Source: Nemertoderma westbladi (Eukaryota > Animalia > Xenacoelomorpha). Taken from it: a DNA stretch of 64,000 nt. This document shows positions 49,190-60,652 of this stretch, in pieces. The DNA lies in assembly GCA_032718475.1 (NCBI GenBank), contig JAUCBJ010002711.1, forward strand, positions 1 through 64,000, written 5' to 3'. The position numbers and the translations under genes were made by a program. Within the stretch, counting starts at the first letter, position 1. Each line of letters begins with the position of its first letter. The notes beneath the pieces were generated by a model. It saw only the letters and a list, made by a program, of their open reading frames with translations. It ran no database searches and was not told where the DNA came from.

Positions 49190-52100
49190 ATGTCTGACTC
49201 ACAACAAACACTGTCTGATAGTCTCATAGAAAGTGTTAGAATGACTGTTAGACAGTGCCTTAACGCCACTTCTTCTCAAGAAGAAAGCGAAGGGACAGCG
49301 GAGGGGCCGCAAAAGAGAGATGCCATTGACATCTATCTGTCAGACTATCAACGTTTTTTAGGTGATGACAAGTTGAGGAGAAGGTTAGATGGACTTAGCC
49401 CTAATAGTGAAGGAACCAAGCTTGTGCTGGACGCAATCGATGCGGAAATGTTAGCGGCGAACCAGGCTAAATTCGATGAACAACTCCGCATCGCTAGAGA
49501 CCAAGAAGAACAAGTAAGGAAAAAACGTATAGAAGACAGAAAGATAGCAGCAGTGGCAGAGGCAGAAAGAAAAGCGGCAGCAGCAGAAGCAGAGGCAGAA
49601 AGAAAAGCGGCAGCAGCAGAAGCAGAGGCAAAGGCAAAAGCGGCAGCAGCAGAAGCAGCGGCAGAGGCAAAAGCGGCAGCGGCAGAGGCAAAAGCGGCAG
49701 CGGTGGCGGAAGCAGAACGGAGAGCGGCTGAAGAGATCGCCCAACTGGAGTTGGAAAATCTTCAAGAGAAGCAAGACGACTTCAGTAAACAGTTAACAGC
49801 TAGTAATATGCAGATGATGAATCGATCTACTCCCAAAAGACAGGGTTATACATCATCTGAGGAAGGCGATACCACCGATACTGAAGGCAAAGGAAATCGA
49901 TCTCGCCTAAGCAGACGCAAAAGAACATCCCACCGTCAAAAATTGCCTGATTTGCCTCCAGCTGTTAGAAGGCAACTAAATAACACCAACTTAGGTAGTA
50001 CAGAACCCACAGACCAAATAATTACAATAGAGAGACTCCCTACTATAGTAGATGAGCCCGAAATAGTTAGGTCTGTTCCCGAAGCCACCCTTTCGGTCGT
50101 AGAGACACCTGTACTCCCTGAACCTACCTCTCAATTCCCTTTGCACAGCACTAAGCTACCTGTGCCCAGCAGAACAGTCCGTGAGACAGTTCATGCCCTG
50201 GACTCCGAGCGAAATATCCATGATTTGTCGCCCGTTGTCCCTCGTCCGCCCGCTACAACGTTGGCGAATCCCGCTTCGGCGGTTGAATGGGTGGATGAGA
50301 GACGACGGGGGATGGATCTCCTGCTCGGACAGATGCAGGAGACCGTTCAGCAATTCAAGGGCACAGTAAGGGAAAGTAGGCTAGAGTTGCAAGAAGTGCA
50401 GCAAAGTATCGCGCTAGAACGCGATAAATTAGTAAATACACAAAGGGGTATACCACCACCCCCTGTAACAATGTGTCAACCTGTTAGGTCTGAAGTATCA
50501 CATGCACAAGGTGTGGAGCCTACACGCATCTATACTGCTAGCGAAGTAGAAACTCCTATAGTGAACCCTATTAAGGGTAGTTATAGACCTGTTGATAATG
50601 ATATTCCCTATAGACCGGATCATAATCCGAGAAATTTATATACCGATAACTCGATATTAAATAACACGATGGCCCAAGAAAGTTTTACGCGTCAAATGGC
50701 TAGAACCGAAGCCCGGCAAGCGGTAAAGGTGGGAGAGATCGTCAAGTTCAATGGAGATGAGATGAAATGGTTACCTTTTAATGAATATTACAAAGATAAC
50801 ATACAGAACTCTGTGCTATCTAATGGAGAGAAACTTAGATTCCTCATCGAGTGCTTGGAAGGATCTCCCAAGTTAATGGCGTTAAAGTTTATTGGACATC
50901 CAGACGGATTAAGACAAGTTTGGGATACACTAAACATCAGGTATGGTAATAGGACTAACATAGCTAGGTATTTATATGCGAAATTAATGGCGCCCCGAAA
51001 GTTTCTTAGCAGCGGGATTATAGAGTTTTCCGATGAGATTCAGGAGATCTGTAGACAACTAGATTGGTTAGGTAAGTCTCATGAATACCAGAATTCTATG
51101 GTTGTAGGAGCCTTAGCATCTACTTTGCCCAAGGGTGGAGTAGGTACACGCTGGGACAAGAAGGTGTTATATATGATGGAACAACAACAACGAGACCCTA
51201 CCATGGCTGATCTCATGTCATTCTTGGATAGTGAGGTGAAATTACAGCTCATAAAGCAGTCCAGAGAGAAGACAGCGGAAAGTAATGTAAGTAAGAAACC
51301 CGTTTCTAGGAGAAGGGTAACACCAGTATGTTATACCGACGACGGTGAAAGCCAAACCTCTCAAGGAGAGGACAGCGGGAAAGACACTGACAGGTCTTAT
51401 TATGTCAATAAAATGCCTAAAGATCAGGTAAGTAAATCCAAGTCTCGACCCAATGACAGAAGGGAACCGGTACAAAAAACCCCTCCTACGTCTCCTAAAA
51501 GAACTCAGGTGAGAAAGCCCGAGGAAAGAACAAGTGTGCACCACATAGCACAGGTTAAAGTAAGTAACATCAAGCCGAAATGTGTGCTGTGCGACGGGCC
51601 CCACCGTTTAAATGCGTGTGATAAATTCCTGAGGAAGTCACTAAAGGATAGACGTGAAGTCATGTGGGATAAGCGGTTGTGTTATAATTGCCTCAGACGA
51701 GGACACCAACGGCGAACCTGTTACTCCGATGCAAGGTGTGCAAAGTGCGGCGCAAAACATCATATCTTGTTGCACACGGAATTCGAACGAAACAGCCCGA
51801 GTCAGGTAAGTGAGTCCGAACTACATGTCCAATTCAGTGATGTGAACGACACTGATCAATCTGAGATGGAAGGATTCTATACGGACGAGTTCTCCGACGA
51901 AAACGAATCCTGTTACTTAATAAACACCACCGCAGTGTATCGAGCACTCATGTATGAGAAAGACACAGACAGAGACCTCACCCTAACTACTTCAGATCAA
52001 CAACCATCTTGGAAAGCGCCAACTTCCAATATAGGAATCCGAGAATTTCCTGTAGTCCAGTTACGGGTCCACGGACCTCAGAAGAGCTATATAGTGAACG

Positions 52101-52705
52101 CCCTCCTGGACTCCGGTAGCACAGGAACATTCATCGATAAAGAACTAGCCGAAGTCATCTTTGCTGGACAACCCAAGTTCCGAACCAAGCTAAACATGTC
52201 AGGGATCATGCAGGTTTGGAATTCTACTGTAGCTGCCGACTATTATATAGGTGAGTTGTCCACTCCACAGGATAAACTAGGAGAATACAGTATAAGGTCA
52301 GTAAAAATGGTGGCAATAAAGAACTTCGCTACCACCCAAGTGAAACCTTATAATTGGGACGAAGATGATCATGTCCAACAACTTAACATCCCTAGATTCG
52401 ACACCGATTATCCTGGAGTACAAATATTAATCGGTCAAAACGCGCATGAGGCGCTGGAGACATTAGAGAAACGACCTACTCAACCGCAACCACTTCAGAC
52501 CTATGCGGTAAGAACTAGAGTAGGTTGGTACCTTACTGGACCTTCCCGTAGAACGCTCAGGGAAAGACTGCTTCAAGATCGCGTCTGCCAGGTGAGTGAA
52601 TGGGAAGACGATACTAGTGAGGAAGACGACCCAACTGAGGGAACACCATACTCCTCAGATAATGACGATATTAGCTCCAATGTAGATCAATGGAGAGATG
52701 CCTAA
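49190..52705 (+). CDS. Family-B Gag-protease of element C (1171 aa open frame)
   Basis: Ala/Glu/Lys repeat region, KFNGD, three BEL knuckles and LLDSGS. Terminates at the 52699 insertion. Confidence 0.9.
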   Translation: MSDSQQTLSDSLIESVRMTVRQCLNATSSQEESEGTAEGPQKRDAIDIYLSDYQRFLGDDKLRRRLDGLSPNSEGTKLVLDAIDAEMLAANQAKFDEQLRIARDQEEQVRKKRIEDRKIAAVAEAERKAAAAEAEAERKAAAAEAEAKAKAAAAEAAAEAKAAAAEAKAAAVAEAERRAAEEIAQLELENLQEKQDDFSKQLTASNMQMMNRSTPKRQGYTSSEEGDTTDTEGKGNRSRLSRRKRTSHRQKLPDLPPAVRRQLNNTNLGSTEPTDQIITIERLPTIVDEPEIVRSVPEATLSVVETPVLPEPTSQFPLHSTKLPVPSRTVRETVHALDSERNIHDLSPVVPRPPATTLANPASAVEWVDERRRGMDLLLGQMQETVQQFKGTVRESRLELQEVQQSIALERDKLVNTQRGIPPPPVTMCQPVRSEVSHAQGVEPTRIYTASEVETPIVNPIKGSYRPVDNDIPYRPDHNPRNLYTDNSILNNTMAQESFTRQMARTEARQAVKVGEIVKFNGDEMKWLPFNEYYKDNIQNSVLSNGEKLRFLIECLEGSPKLMALKFIGHPDGLRQVWDTLNIRYGNRTNIARYLYAKLMAPRKFLSSGIIEFSDEIQEICRQLDWLGKSHEYQNSMVVGALASTLPKGGVGTRWDKKVLYMMEQQQRDPTMADLMSFLDSEVKLQLIKQSREKTAESNVSKKPVSRRRVTPVCYTDDGESQTSQGEDSGKDTDRSYYVNKMPKDQVSKSKSRPNDRREPVQKTPPTSPKRTQVRKPEERTSVHHIAQVKVSNIKPKCVLCDGPHRLNACDKFLRKSLKDRREVMWDKRLCYNCLRRGHQRRTCYSDARCAKCGAKHHILLHTEFERNSPSQVSESELHVQFSDVNDTDQSEMEGFYTDEFSDENESCYLINTTAVYRALMYEKDTDRDLTLTTSDQQPSWKAPTSNIGIREFPVVQLRVHGPQKSYIVNALLDSGSTGTFIDKELAEVIFAGQPKFRTKLNMSGIMQVWNSTVAADYYIGELSTPQDKLGEYSIRSVKMVAIKNFATTQVKPYNWDEDDHVQQLNIPRFDTDYPGVQILIGQNAHEALETLEKRPTQPQPLQTYAVRTRVGWYLTGPSRRTLRERLLQDRVCQVSEWEDDTSEEDDPTEGTPYSSDNDDISSNVDQWRDA

Positions 52706-53975
52706 GGAGGTGAGGTCTCTATAGGGGTGTCTCCAACAGGCGGCGGCGGACTCGTGAGGGTCTGGGGGCACGTTAAATTGATCTATAGTGCAAGGGAGTT
52801 ACTGAAGGCCCTCGTGTCTAGCGAACCATGAATTGACATGGTGCCGTGGTACCGTCTAGTCGGCCTGTTGCCGTACTGCCAGTCCTGTACACAGTAGGGG
52901 TGGTGGCTTAGTGTGATCTGTGGTTTATGTGGTCTATGTGGTAGGTCTATGTTTGGTATGTATGAGTTGACTAGACTCTTTACTGTCTCCGATCGGTTGC
53001 CAAAACGTGTCTTTTCCCAGGGTAGCACTATTGGAATGGAGGTGTTGCATCGGAATGGACAGGTTCCTGATGATTCTGTTGGTACTACTATTGGAATGGA
53101 GGTGGCACCCGGAATATCGGCTGCAAGGAGGGGTTGGTGTTGTAGTGTGGTCCGAGTGAATGATACTCTGGAATCTGTGGTTTGTATGTGTACGTGGTAT
53201 ACGTGAGTGTATGTATGGCCACTGCGAGTGGGTATGGGAACCCTTACCGGTTGGTTCAGTCGCCGCTGGTTATTAGTAGGACCATATTTTACTGCGCCCC
53301 AGCATACTTTGTGCACACAAAGTTATTTTACCCTGTCGGTAAAATAAAGTACTCTCGACTTTTTATTAGTCGATACAATTTTGTCCCCTCTGATTTTGTC
53401 ATCGATTTTGTCTTCCCCGATTATGTCCTCTGTGTGTGCGTGGTATGCGTCAGAATTTGTGTTTACCGTAGTGTACTTGATATTGTGAACATCTATTGAG
53501 TACACGTGTACAGTGACTGGTAAGTGGTTACTTGTTCCTAGCTTTCGAGCTAGTCAGTATTGTTTGCGGAACCGACTTCCCCTCAATACTGCCGGCGAGG
53601 CGGGTGAAAACGGTCAATATTCCATGTGGGTAGCGCAAGCCCGCTTGGGACAAGACCGTCGGTTTGGCTCAAGGGCGACCTTGATGCTCGATCGCTATCG
53701 ACTGGTCCACCCGCCGGTTGACTCTCTGAGTTGGCTCAATGTACAGTCAGGCCACAGTAAGTTGACAGTAGGCGAATGCCATTCTATTCGGCTACACACG
53801 ACGAGCTGTGCCGGTGTGATCGGGGGATTGAAAAGTGAACCCGGGAAGCATCGGGCTACCCTCCGGCCCAGTCTGATAAAAACGGAGTCGGACTGGCCCC
53901 AAGGGTGGTGGGACAGCGTCCGCCTCATGGGTGCGCCTCGGAGTCATCAGAGAGGAGCCCAGAAGGACGCAAGCG
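52699..53975. other. Insertion of about 1.28 kb of unknown origin in element C
   Basis: Absent at the equivalent point of B1 (about 23090) and bounded by TGCC microhomology. Confidence 0.75.
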
Positions 53976-54596
53976 TGCCCCAAGAAGTTTAATCCAACTG
54001 ACATCGCTTCCAGAGGAGCAACTCCTCAAGAACTGACAGATACTACAGACCGGTTAGGTGAACCCGACTTCCTGAGTAAGGAGGATGAATGGCCTCCCCA
54101 TCTTACTCCGACTGAGATTAGATCAGCCAAGGGAGCGGAGAAAGTAAAACCTAAAACCCTGACGGGTGGATCGGAGTTATTTGAGCCCGGGATAGATTTG
54201 TCGGTATTACATATTGCCAGGGACGACGCCGTGGATCTGGACCTCCCCACCGCGAGTGGATCCTTCATGAAGATCAGAGGGAGCGATTGGAACTCTGGAA
54301 CATCAGACGTCTCGCAGGGACTCTTACCTCTCCTGCGGGGAGCGACGGGCCACTATAGCTCCTGGAATCGGCTTTGTAACGCCGTCATATACTTTGAGCG
54401 ATGTTTCTATCGTCACTATTCCAGGACGAAGAGGAAACCTGGAATTATATTCGAGATGCAGCGACTCAATCACCCAGTCGGTCGTTTGTGTTTACCGGAA
54501 GGGAATGGAGGACTCTCCGGAAACTGTGGAAGGCAAGATTCTCTTCCCACGACCACCTCCCTAATCCTTCAAACATCTAGGGACTCCATAACGTAA
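53976..54596 (+). pseudogene. RNase H/tether remnant of family B
   Basis: NPTDIASRGATPQEL...HYSSWNRLC, matching 23090-23712 and minus-strand 11878-12915. Confidence 0.85.
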
Positions 54597-57500
54597 CAAC
54601 ATATGGAGTGGGTGTGTGACTCTATTATTTTATATTATTTTATTATTTTTATATTTCTGTATGTATTACTATGTAATTTTATTATAATCGTTTTATTTAA
54701 TTTTATTTAGTAGAATATTATTTAGCGATTATTTAGTAGAATAGTGCAATATATTCGTGTTTATTGCGTACGTAATTACTTATAATATATTTAGTGCGAC
54801 GGCGAAGAAATAATTATTTTTTCTCTTTCCTTACTGTCCGTATTATATTATAAATACGTAACTACAGTAAGATGAAATGTCCGTACTTATTAAAGTACAA
54901 TAAAGCCACTACTATATTTAAGTATTATTGGTAGGCAGAGTATTAGGAATGCAAAGTTCAGATCCTCGTGTCTCGGCTAAACCAAGCTCTGGGTAGACCT
55001 TGGAAACGACTTGCCTCTTCACACTGACATTGCTTCGTGCGATATTGCTCTCATACCGTATATTAAATAATACATATAGTAGCATGATGTCCCTTTAACA
55101 GTAGCGTATAACGCAAAATAAATCTGTTAAACCCTTCGACCATCTGTAATTCTAGTCGATTAAGATATCGCGGCACCCACCGATATACTTGAAAGACAAA
55201 TTCTAGAATCAGTGGTTAACGTCCCCAGACAAGTTCTGGAATAAACCGGTGCCCATCTCAAATATTAATTATTTAATATTTGCAAATCTAATAAATCAAA
55301 TCTGTAAAATTCAGATCCTTCAACAATTCTAGTCGATTAAGATATCGTAGCATTTACCGATATTCTTAAAAAGACAATTTTTATAGAATTAAGGATCTTG
55401 TGTCCCCAGACATGTTCTAGAATCAAAATATGTCAATTTAATTATCAAATAATAAAATTTCAGGGAGTAAATTTAAATTCATGCCTTTTAATGAATTTAA
55501 TAAATTGCCATTTTTACGCAATTTATAACATTCCCAAAATTCCATTAATTAATAGATCAAGGGAGCGGAGATTTATCTTATTATGCGTATGAGTGTGCGA
55601 AAGTCTCCCAAACATAGTCAATAGCCGATAAAATTCATAAAGCCATGTATAAAACAGGACATTGACCATTAAAGAATTACTATTAAATAACATCCCAGAT
55701 CTGTATGCATTGGAATTACCCTAATTCTACCGCTAGCTTTGCATAATGTCACCATAGCAACAACCACGCTAGAATTAGAATTGAGTTAAAAGAACAATAG
55801 AAAGCTTGTCCCATTGAATAGCATAGGGAATAAATAGTGCACTGATAGTATCCAAGGATACATAATAATACAGTGACATTTTGGAAGGCATTGACTAACG
55901 GACAAGTGACCCGAGTGTGTGTAATTTGTGACAAGTTGTGTGTGTGGTATTTGTGAGTTTATAGGCGAATGTTACTACTAAGGTGTGTTTACAGTAGCGA
56001 GTCGCAATTGTGAAAGTAACCCTAACTCTCCAGTAAGAACCTGAGGTGTATCTAAGCCTTTGGGACGGACAGTCGAGTGACTTGTACCGGTTGTCGTTGT
56101 CGTTGTGCGGCTACGTCGTTGGCGAAAGTACAGCGGCGACGACACATCGGCGCTGAGGATCTCGCACTGTCCGGGGGCTGATTGGGGTAGGCAGCGACGC
56201 TCGCTAGCCTAAATATAAACTCATTATAATATGAATAAACTCATATATAGCAGATATGACGGAGTTGATAGAAGATGGTCTTGGTATCAGGGAGCGATAT
56301 ACTCTACTTTCAAGCGTTTGTTGATAGCTTGATACGCGGTGATACTAGTCCAACTACTACGAAGGATGATGGTCGTTATATCGAACCTACGATTTCCTGG
56401 AAGTAACTTACGCGTGAATTGGACTATGGAAAATTCACCGCTCGCTACACGCATTGTAATGGTATGTATATGGACTTCTTAACCATTGGCCATTCTATCG
56501 ATTTACACGATACGGACTATGTCGAACATATCCTACCCAGAGGAGTCGAAACGATAAACCAAAATTCTAATGCGAAAATCCTATTCGAAATCGACTCGAA
56601 AGAAAAGACATTAAAGAAACAAATAAACGCGGTAACTCCAACATATATTTGGAATTCTTGATAGAAGCATTGTAACAACAAATAAATATCATCCGCGTTT
56701 CCCCTACCAGACGTGCGTCTTTGGTATTATTACGATAAATGCCCTAGACCCAGCCAATAAACGGAAAGACATAAACATTCACGGAAACGTTGTGTTAAAC
56801 ACAGTTGTGCTCGTTATATTTACTGGAGTTTCGAGCGAAACTTGTTTGACGTATCACTTATGCTCACTCGGCTCGAACGATCCTGGAGTAAACCTACGAT
56901 CAGAGTCCCGGAATACTCGGTCAAACCTCCTCATTCCTTAGTTGGACCTCAGACCTGCGATCCTGGTGGTGTCGCGGATCCTCGCGGACTGTATTCACTG
57001 TTCAAAGATCTAGTGCTACCCTAACAATTAATCGGTAACACTCCGACAGTGATTTCTAGCTAGCCGCCCATCTTACCTAGCCGGATTGTGACGCGGACAC
57101 CTAATATCACTATCCAACCGTATGGTCGTTCCCGTTTAACGCGATACAACCCTTCATCAAAGTGAAAGAGAGCATTGTACAAAACGAGTTAAACGCTATT
57201 CTATAAAGATCAAAAAAGAAATCTGCGTTTGTTCAGATAAACGTAAGTTATAACAGTAAGTCCAATCGATAAACGAATTGGCCTTATCTCAGTTCGATTG
57301 AGAAATCTCGAATCTCTAAGAAGATATCAAGCTTAGAAAACCCTATTCTCTGCGAGAGTTTTGGACGAACGTATCCCATGACAAGCGGAGGAAAATCAGC
57401 TCGAGGAGAAGCATATCGAAATGGACGAGACTCCGACCGTAAACCCAAACCTTCTAATGCAATTGTATTGCACCCTTTACCCAGGAGTTATAGCCTTTCT

Positions 57501-57662
57501 AGTAAAGTGGCTCGCCCCAAAGAGAAAAGGACTCTTGCTGGCCTCGGGAAACTGCGTGAACGCCGTCCGCGCAAGAAAAACTAACTGTTTAGAGTATCTT
57601 TATATTTTAGAAACTGTGATTTGTTATATTTTATAGACTTAAATCCCATTTTCTGGGAGCGG

Positions 57663-58891
57663 TGTAAAAGCTTTTGCGTAATTAGCCGGTTATTATCCCC
57701 GTAAAGTACTCTGTGGTTGGTTTACCAGGCATAAAAAGGCCGTGTCCTTGCTGTACTCGTGTTTTGGAGGACATAAAAGCCATTTCTTCTGTATTTGTAC
57801 TTTAGAGGACATAATCTGAAATTTCGTGACGTAAAAGCTCGATACTCTTGAAAACAGTGTCGCTACCATGACGACGGCTAACGGCTGATATTGCCACGTT
57901 GCACCATAGCCCTGCTTTCTGTATCTGCCAATAGGATTTGAGTTGGTTTTGATTTTGACCTATCACAGATCTACTGAACTGAATTTCCTATCTGTATGCT
58001 CATTCTCTGTGGTGGGTGGAAGCCTTTGTAAATAAGGTTATTCTTATCAGTTTTTCAGTGTTGTTGGTGATTCTAAGCCAGGAAGAACGGCTTTAGAGTA
58101 TTTTGTGCTTTTCTGCTTTAGCCTTACACTAGTAGGCTTAATTATAAGGACATATATCCGTTATCTGATTGTCTTAACTCAAAACAAACTGGTTAATTGG
58201 CCCATACTGTGCAACTTAACTTAACATTACTGCTTTGCTGTCGGTTATTCATTATATTTGTGGATGAATTATTATATTTGGAATAACGAGAAATAACCCC
58301 GAAACCCAATATTCTTGATATACCGAAGGTAAGAGAGAAAGGTTACAGATAAACGATTGTGACTTATGTTAAAGTGGTTTGAAGTGAATCTAATGTTATT
58401 TGATAGACCCTACATGAGTCGGTCTGTGTTCCTTTTATATGTGACTAAAATCAGTGAAGATCGGCAGATCAGTGTGCAGTATTGTGCGGTATTGTGTATG
58501 AGTGAGACTGATAACGAAGCATTTCCTAAAGAATGCGCCATATATGTGAATTGTAACTAAGCCATATCGTTGTGAGTAGTTTAAGTCATAACTCTGTTTA
58601 TATAGATAGAGCGCCACGTCCTAAAGGAACTGTTAATATTCCCCGAAGGTGAATAATATTGTCAGAGATTATATAATACTGTCAGTCGAATAATACATTA
58701 GGCTTACATAGCAATAAGATTAAGCTGTCGAAATCAATCTCCCGGGTATATCCAACGGGTGAATGATCGCGCATAGATTGGTTTCAACTAGTGTAGTGAA
58801 TCAAATACTTGTTAGAGGCTAAAGCGATTTATTATCTAGAAGACATCCTAATTTGGCGGGTTAAACTGCCAAAGGTCTGAAAGCGCGAACA
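57663..58891 (+). repeat. 3' LTR of element C (1229 bp)
   Basis: Preceded by GGGAGCGG (weak PPT) and followed by TSD TTCTC. Confidence 0.95.
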
Positions 58892-60061
58892 TTCTCTGTG
58901 TATAAATTAAAAATTTCACTATTTTTTGGTAAAGTATGGGACTTTACATGCATAAACCCAAAGATTTCTTGACTGAGGAATGATTCTCAGTTCAAATATA
59001 GACTCATATTCTTACGACCGACTATGACCTTAGAGTATTATATCACTCATGGTTTCACATATTACATTAATACAGTGCACTAATATAATCGCCATTTTGA
59101 TGGTAAAGTATGGGACAATTTTCAATTGGCCGCCATGATATTTCTGAGGGAGTGAAGATGAAACTAATTGTTTTATACGATGACGCAACACAAACGTGCT
59201 TTGCATTCCACTGGGTGATTAGTCTGAGTTACATCTCTGTGAATAAACTAAAAATTTCACTATTTTAGGTAAAGTATGGGACATCACAAGATTAACTTTA
59301 TAGATTTCATTACAGAGGAACGAAACACTGGTGAAATTAAATAAAACCAAAAAAATTCGAAAATGGATTTGTTTTTGATTTGGTACATGCTCAGAAATGT
59401 TAATTTATTGGTCATAGGAAGTGCCTACAGGAAACGAAACTTTTGCACACTTTTATTCACATTTTGTGCAGAGCAGGTGCATAATTTGTAATTCGACTAT
59501 TTTTGATAAACCACCTGTGTTGATACAATTTTTAGCACTGAATTCATGAAGTACGATAAATTTTGACCTAAAATAAGTATAAATTCAAAGCTACATCTCA
59601 TTTTTAAAAATTAGTGGGGAGGTTGACCTTTTCATGGAATGAGCCATAAGTGAATTAAAAATTTTGTGTTCTAACTGAAAAGTGCTGGTTACTTGTTTTT
59701 TTCATTTTTTTTCCTACGCAGAGAGGACTAAACAGCTATTTATAGTAATCATATCATTTTTTAATATTTTGCAATGTATTTTGCACCCCAGAAAACCTGT
59801 ATTGAAAAATAATTAGCCGAAAATGTAACTTTCAAATTTTGTGAAAATTGTGCACTACTTGTAATTTTGGTGCTGCAATATAACCACCCCAGTACATTTT
59901 TTCGAAATTTTTTTTTATCGGTCGGATCCAGACAAGTGATATCTACGCACAAACAAAAAATCAGCCGTTTTCGTAAATATTTGTAGATTTTAGACGGGGG
60001 GGGGTCAATATGACCCCCTCCCGGTATTTGTACAACATTTTATAGCCCGGTACTAATAGGG

Positions 60062-60571
60062 TTAAGCAATATTGAGAGCACGAGGTTGATTACCAATCAA
60101 CCTCGTGTCATCCCAGTAAACGGGGACAATAGGCCCCAAAGGAGACACACACAATAAGGGTCAGGGGCCAAACCCCTAACAGAGAGAGAACAGCAAGGGC
60201 GAAGGGAAGCACTTCAGAGGGGGGCAAAGGGTGACAAGTAGGATACCAGCCAATGGGGGGACAGCATCGACTAGGTACAGTAATATGGCCAACTGTGCAG
60301 TATATATTACCTGTTGGTGCTTCCCTATTCAGTTAGTTTACTCAGTTAGTCCAGTAGGGTGGAACGGTGACTTCTATCACCGTCCACGTCCGCTACCGCC
60401 ATCATACTTATCTCCCGGTAACCGTGCCATACTATACTATAGCCTATATATCAACTATATTATACCTTATACATATAACCGAACATCAGAACTCTTTTAC
60501 CTTTCACACACGGCGGGGACGCGTAGATAGAAAACCCAACGGATAAACCGGGATCCGTAGATCCCGTCACA
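60062..60571 (+). repeat. Remainder of the 5' LTR of family-A element D
   Basis: Aligns to about 10107-10597 (AAGCAATATTG, GGGTCAGGGGCCAAACCCCTAAC, CACGGCGGGGACGCGT, GATCCCGTCACA). Confidence 0.88.
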
Positions 60572-60652
60572 GTGATAGAATCAGATCCACCCAGCTGCCC
60601 TGACAGTGATAGAACTAGATCCAGCCAACTGCCCTGACAGACAGAAGACAAG

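Larger units (their letters stand above)
31251..58891 (+). mobile_element. Family-B non-autonomous element C, complete with both LTRs
   Basis: LTRs at 31251-32436 and 57663-58891, TSD TTCTC at 31246-31250 and 58892-58896. No RT or integrase. Confidence 0.95.
28844..60061. mobile_element. Non-autonomous piggyBac-like DNA transposon (own sequence 28844-31250 plus 58897-60061, about 3.6 kb)
   Basis: TTAA duplicated at 28840-28843 and 60062-60065. Termini CCCTATTA...TAATAGGG, subterminal GGGGTCAATATGACCCC at both ends, no transposase ORF. Confidence 0.85.

Noticed and set aside
60569-60575. CACAGTG RSS/Transib heptamer
   Set aside because: It is simply the LTR end (CACA) plus the next bases. 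No nonamer or partner end is visible.
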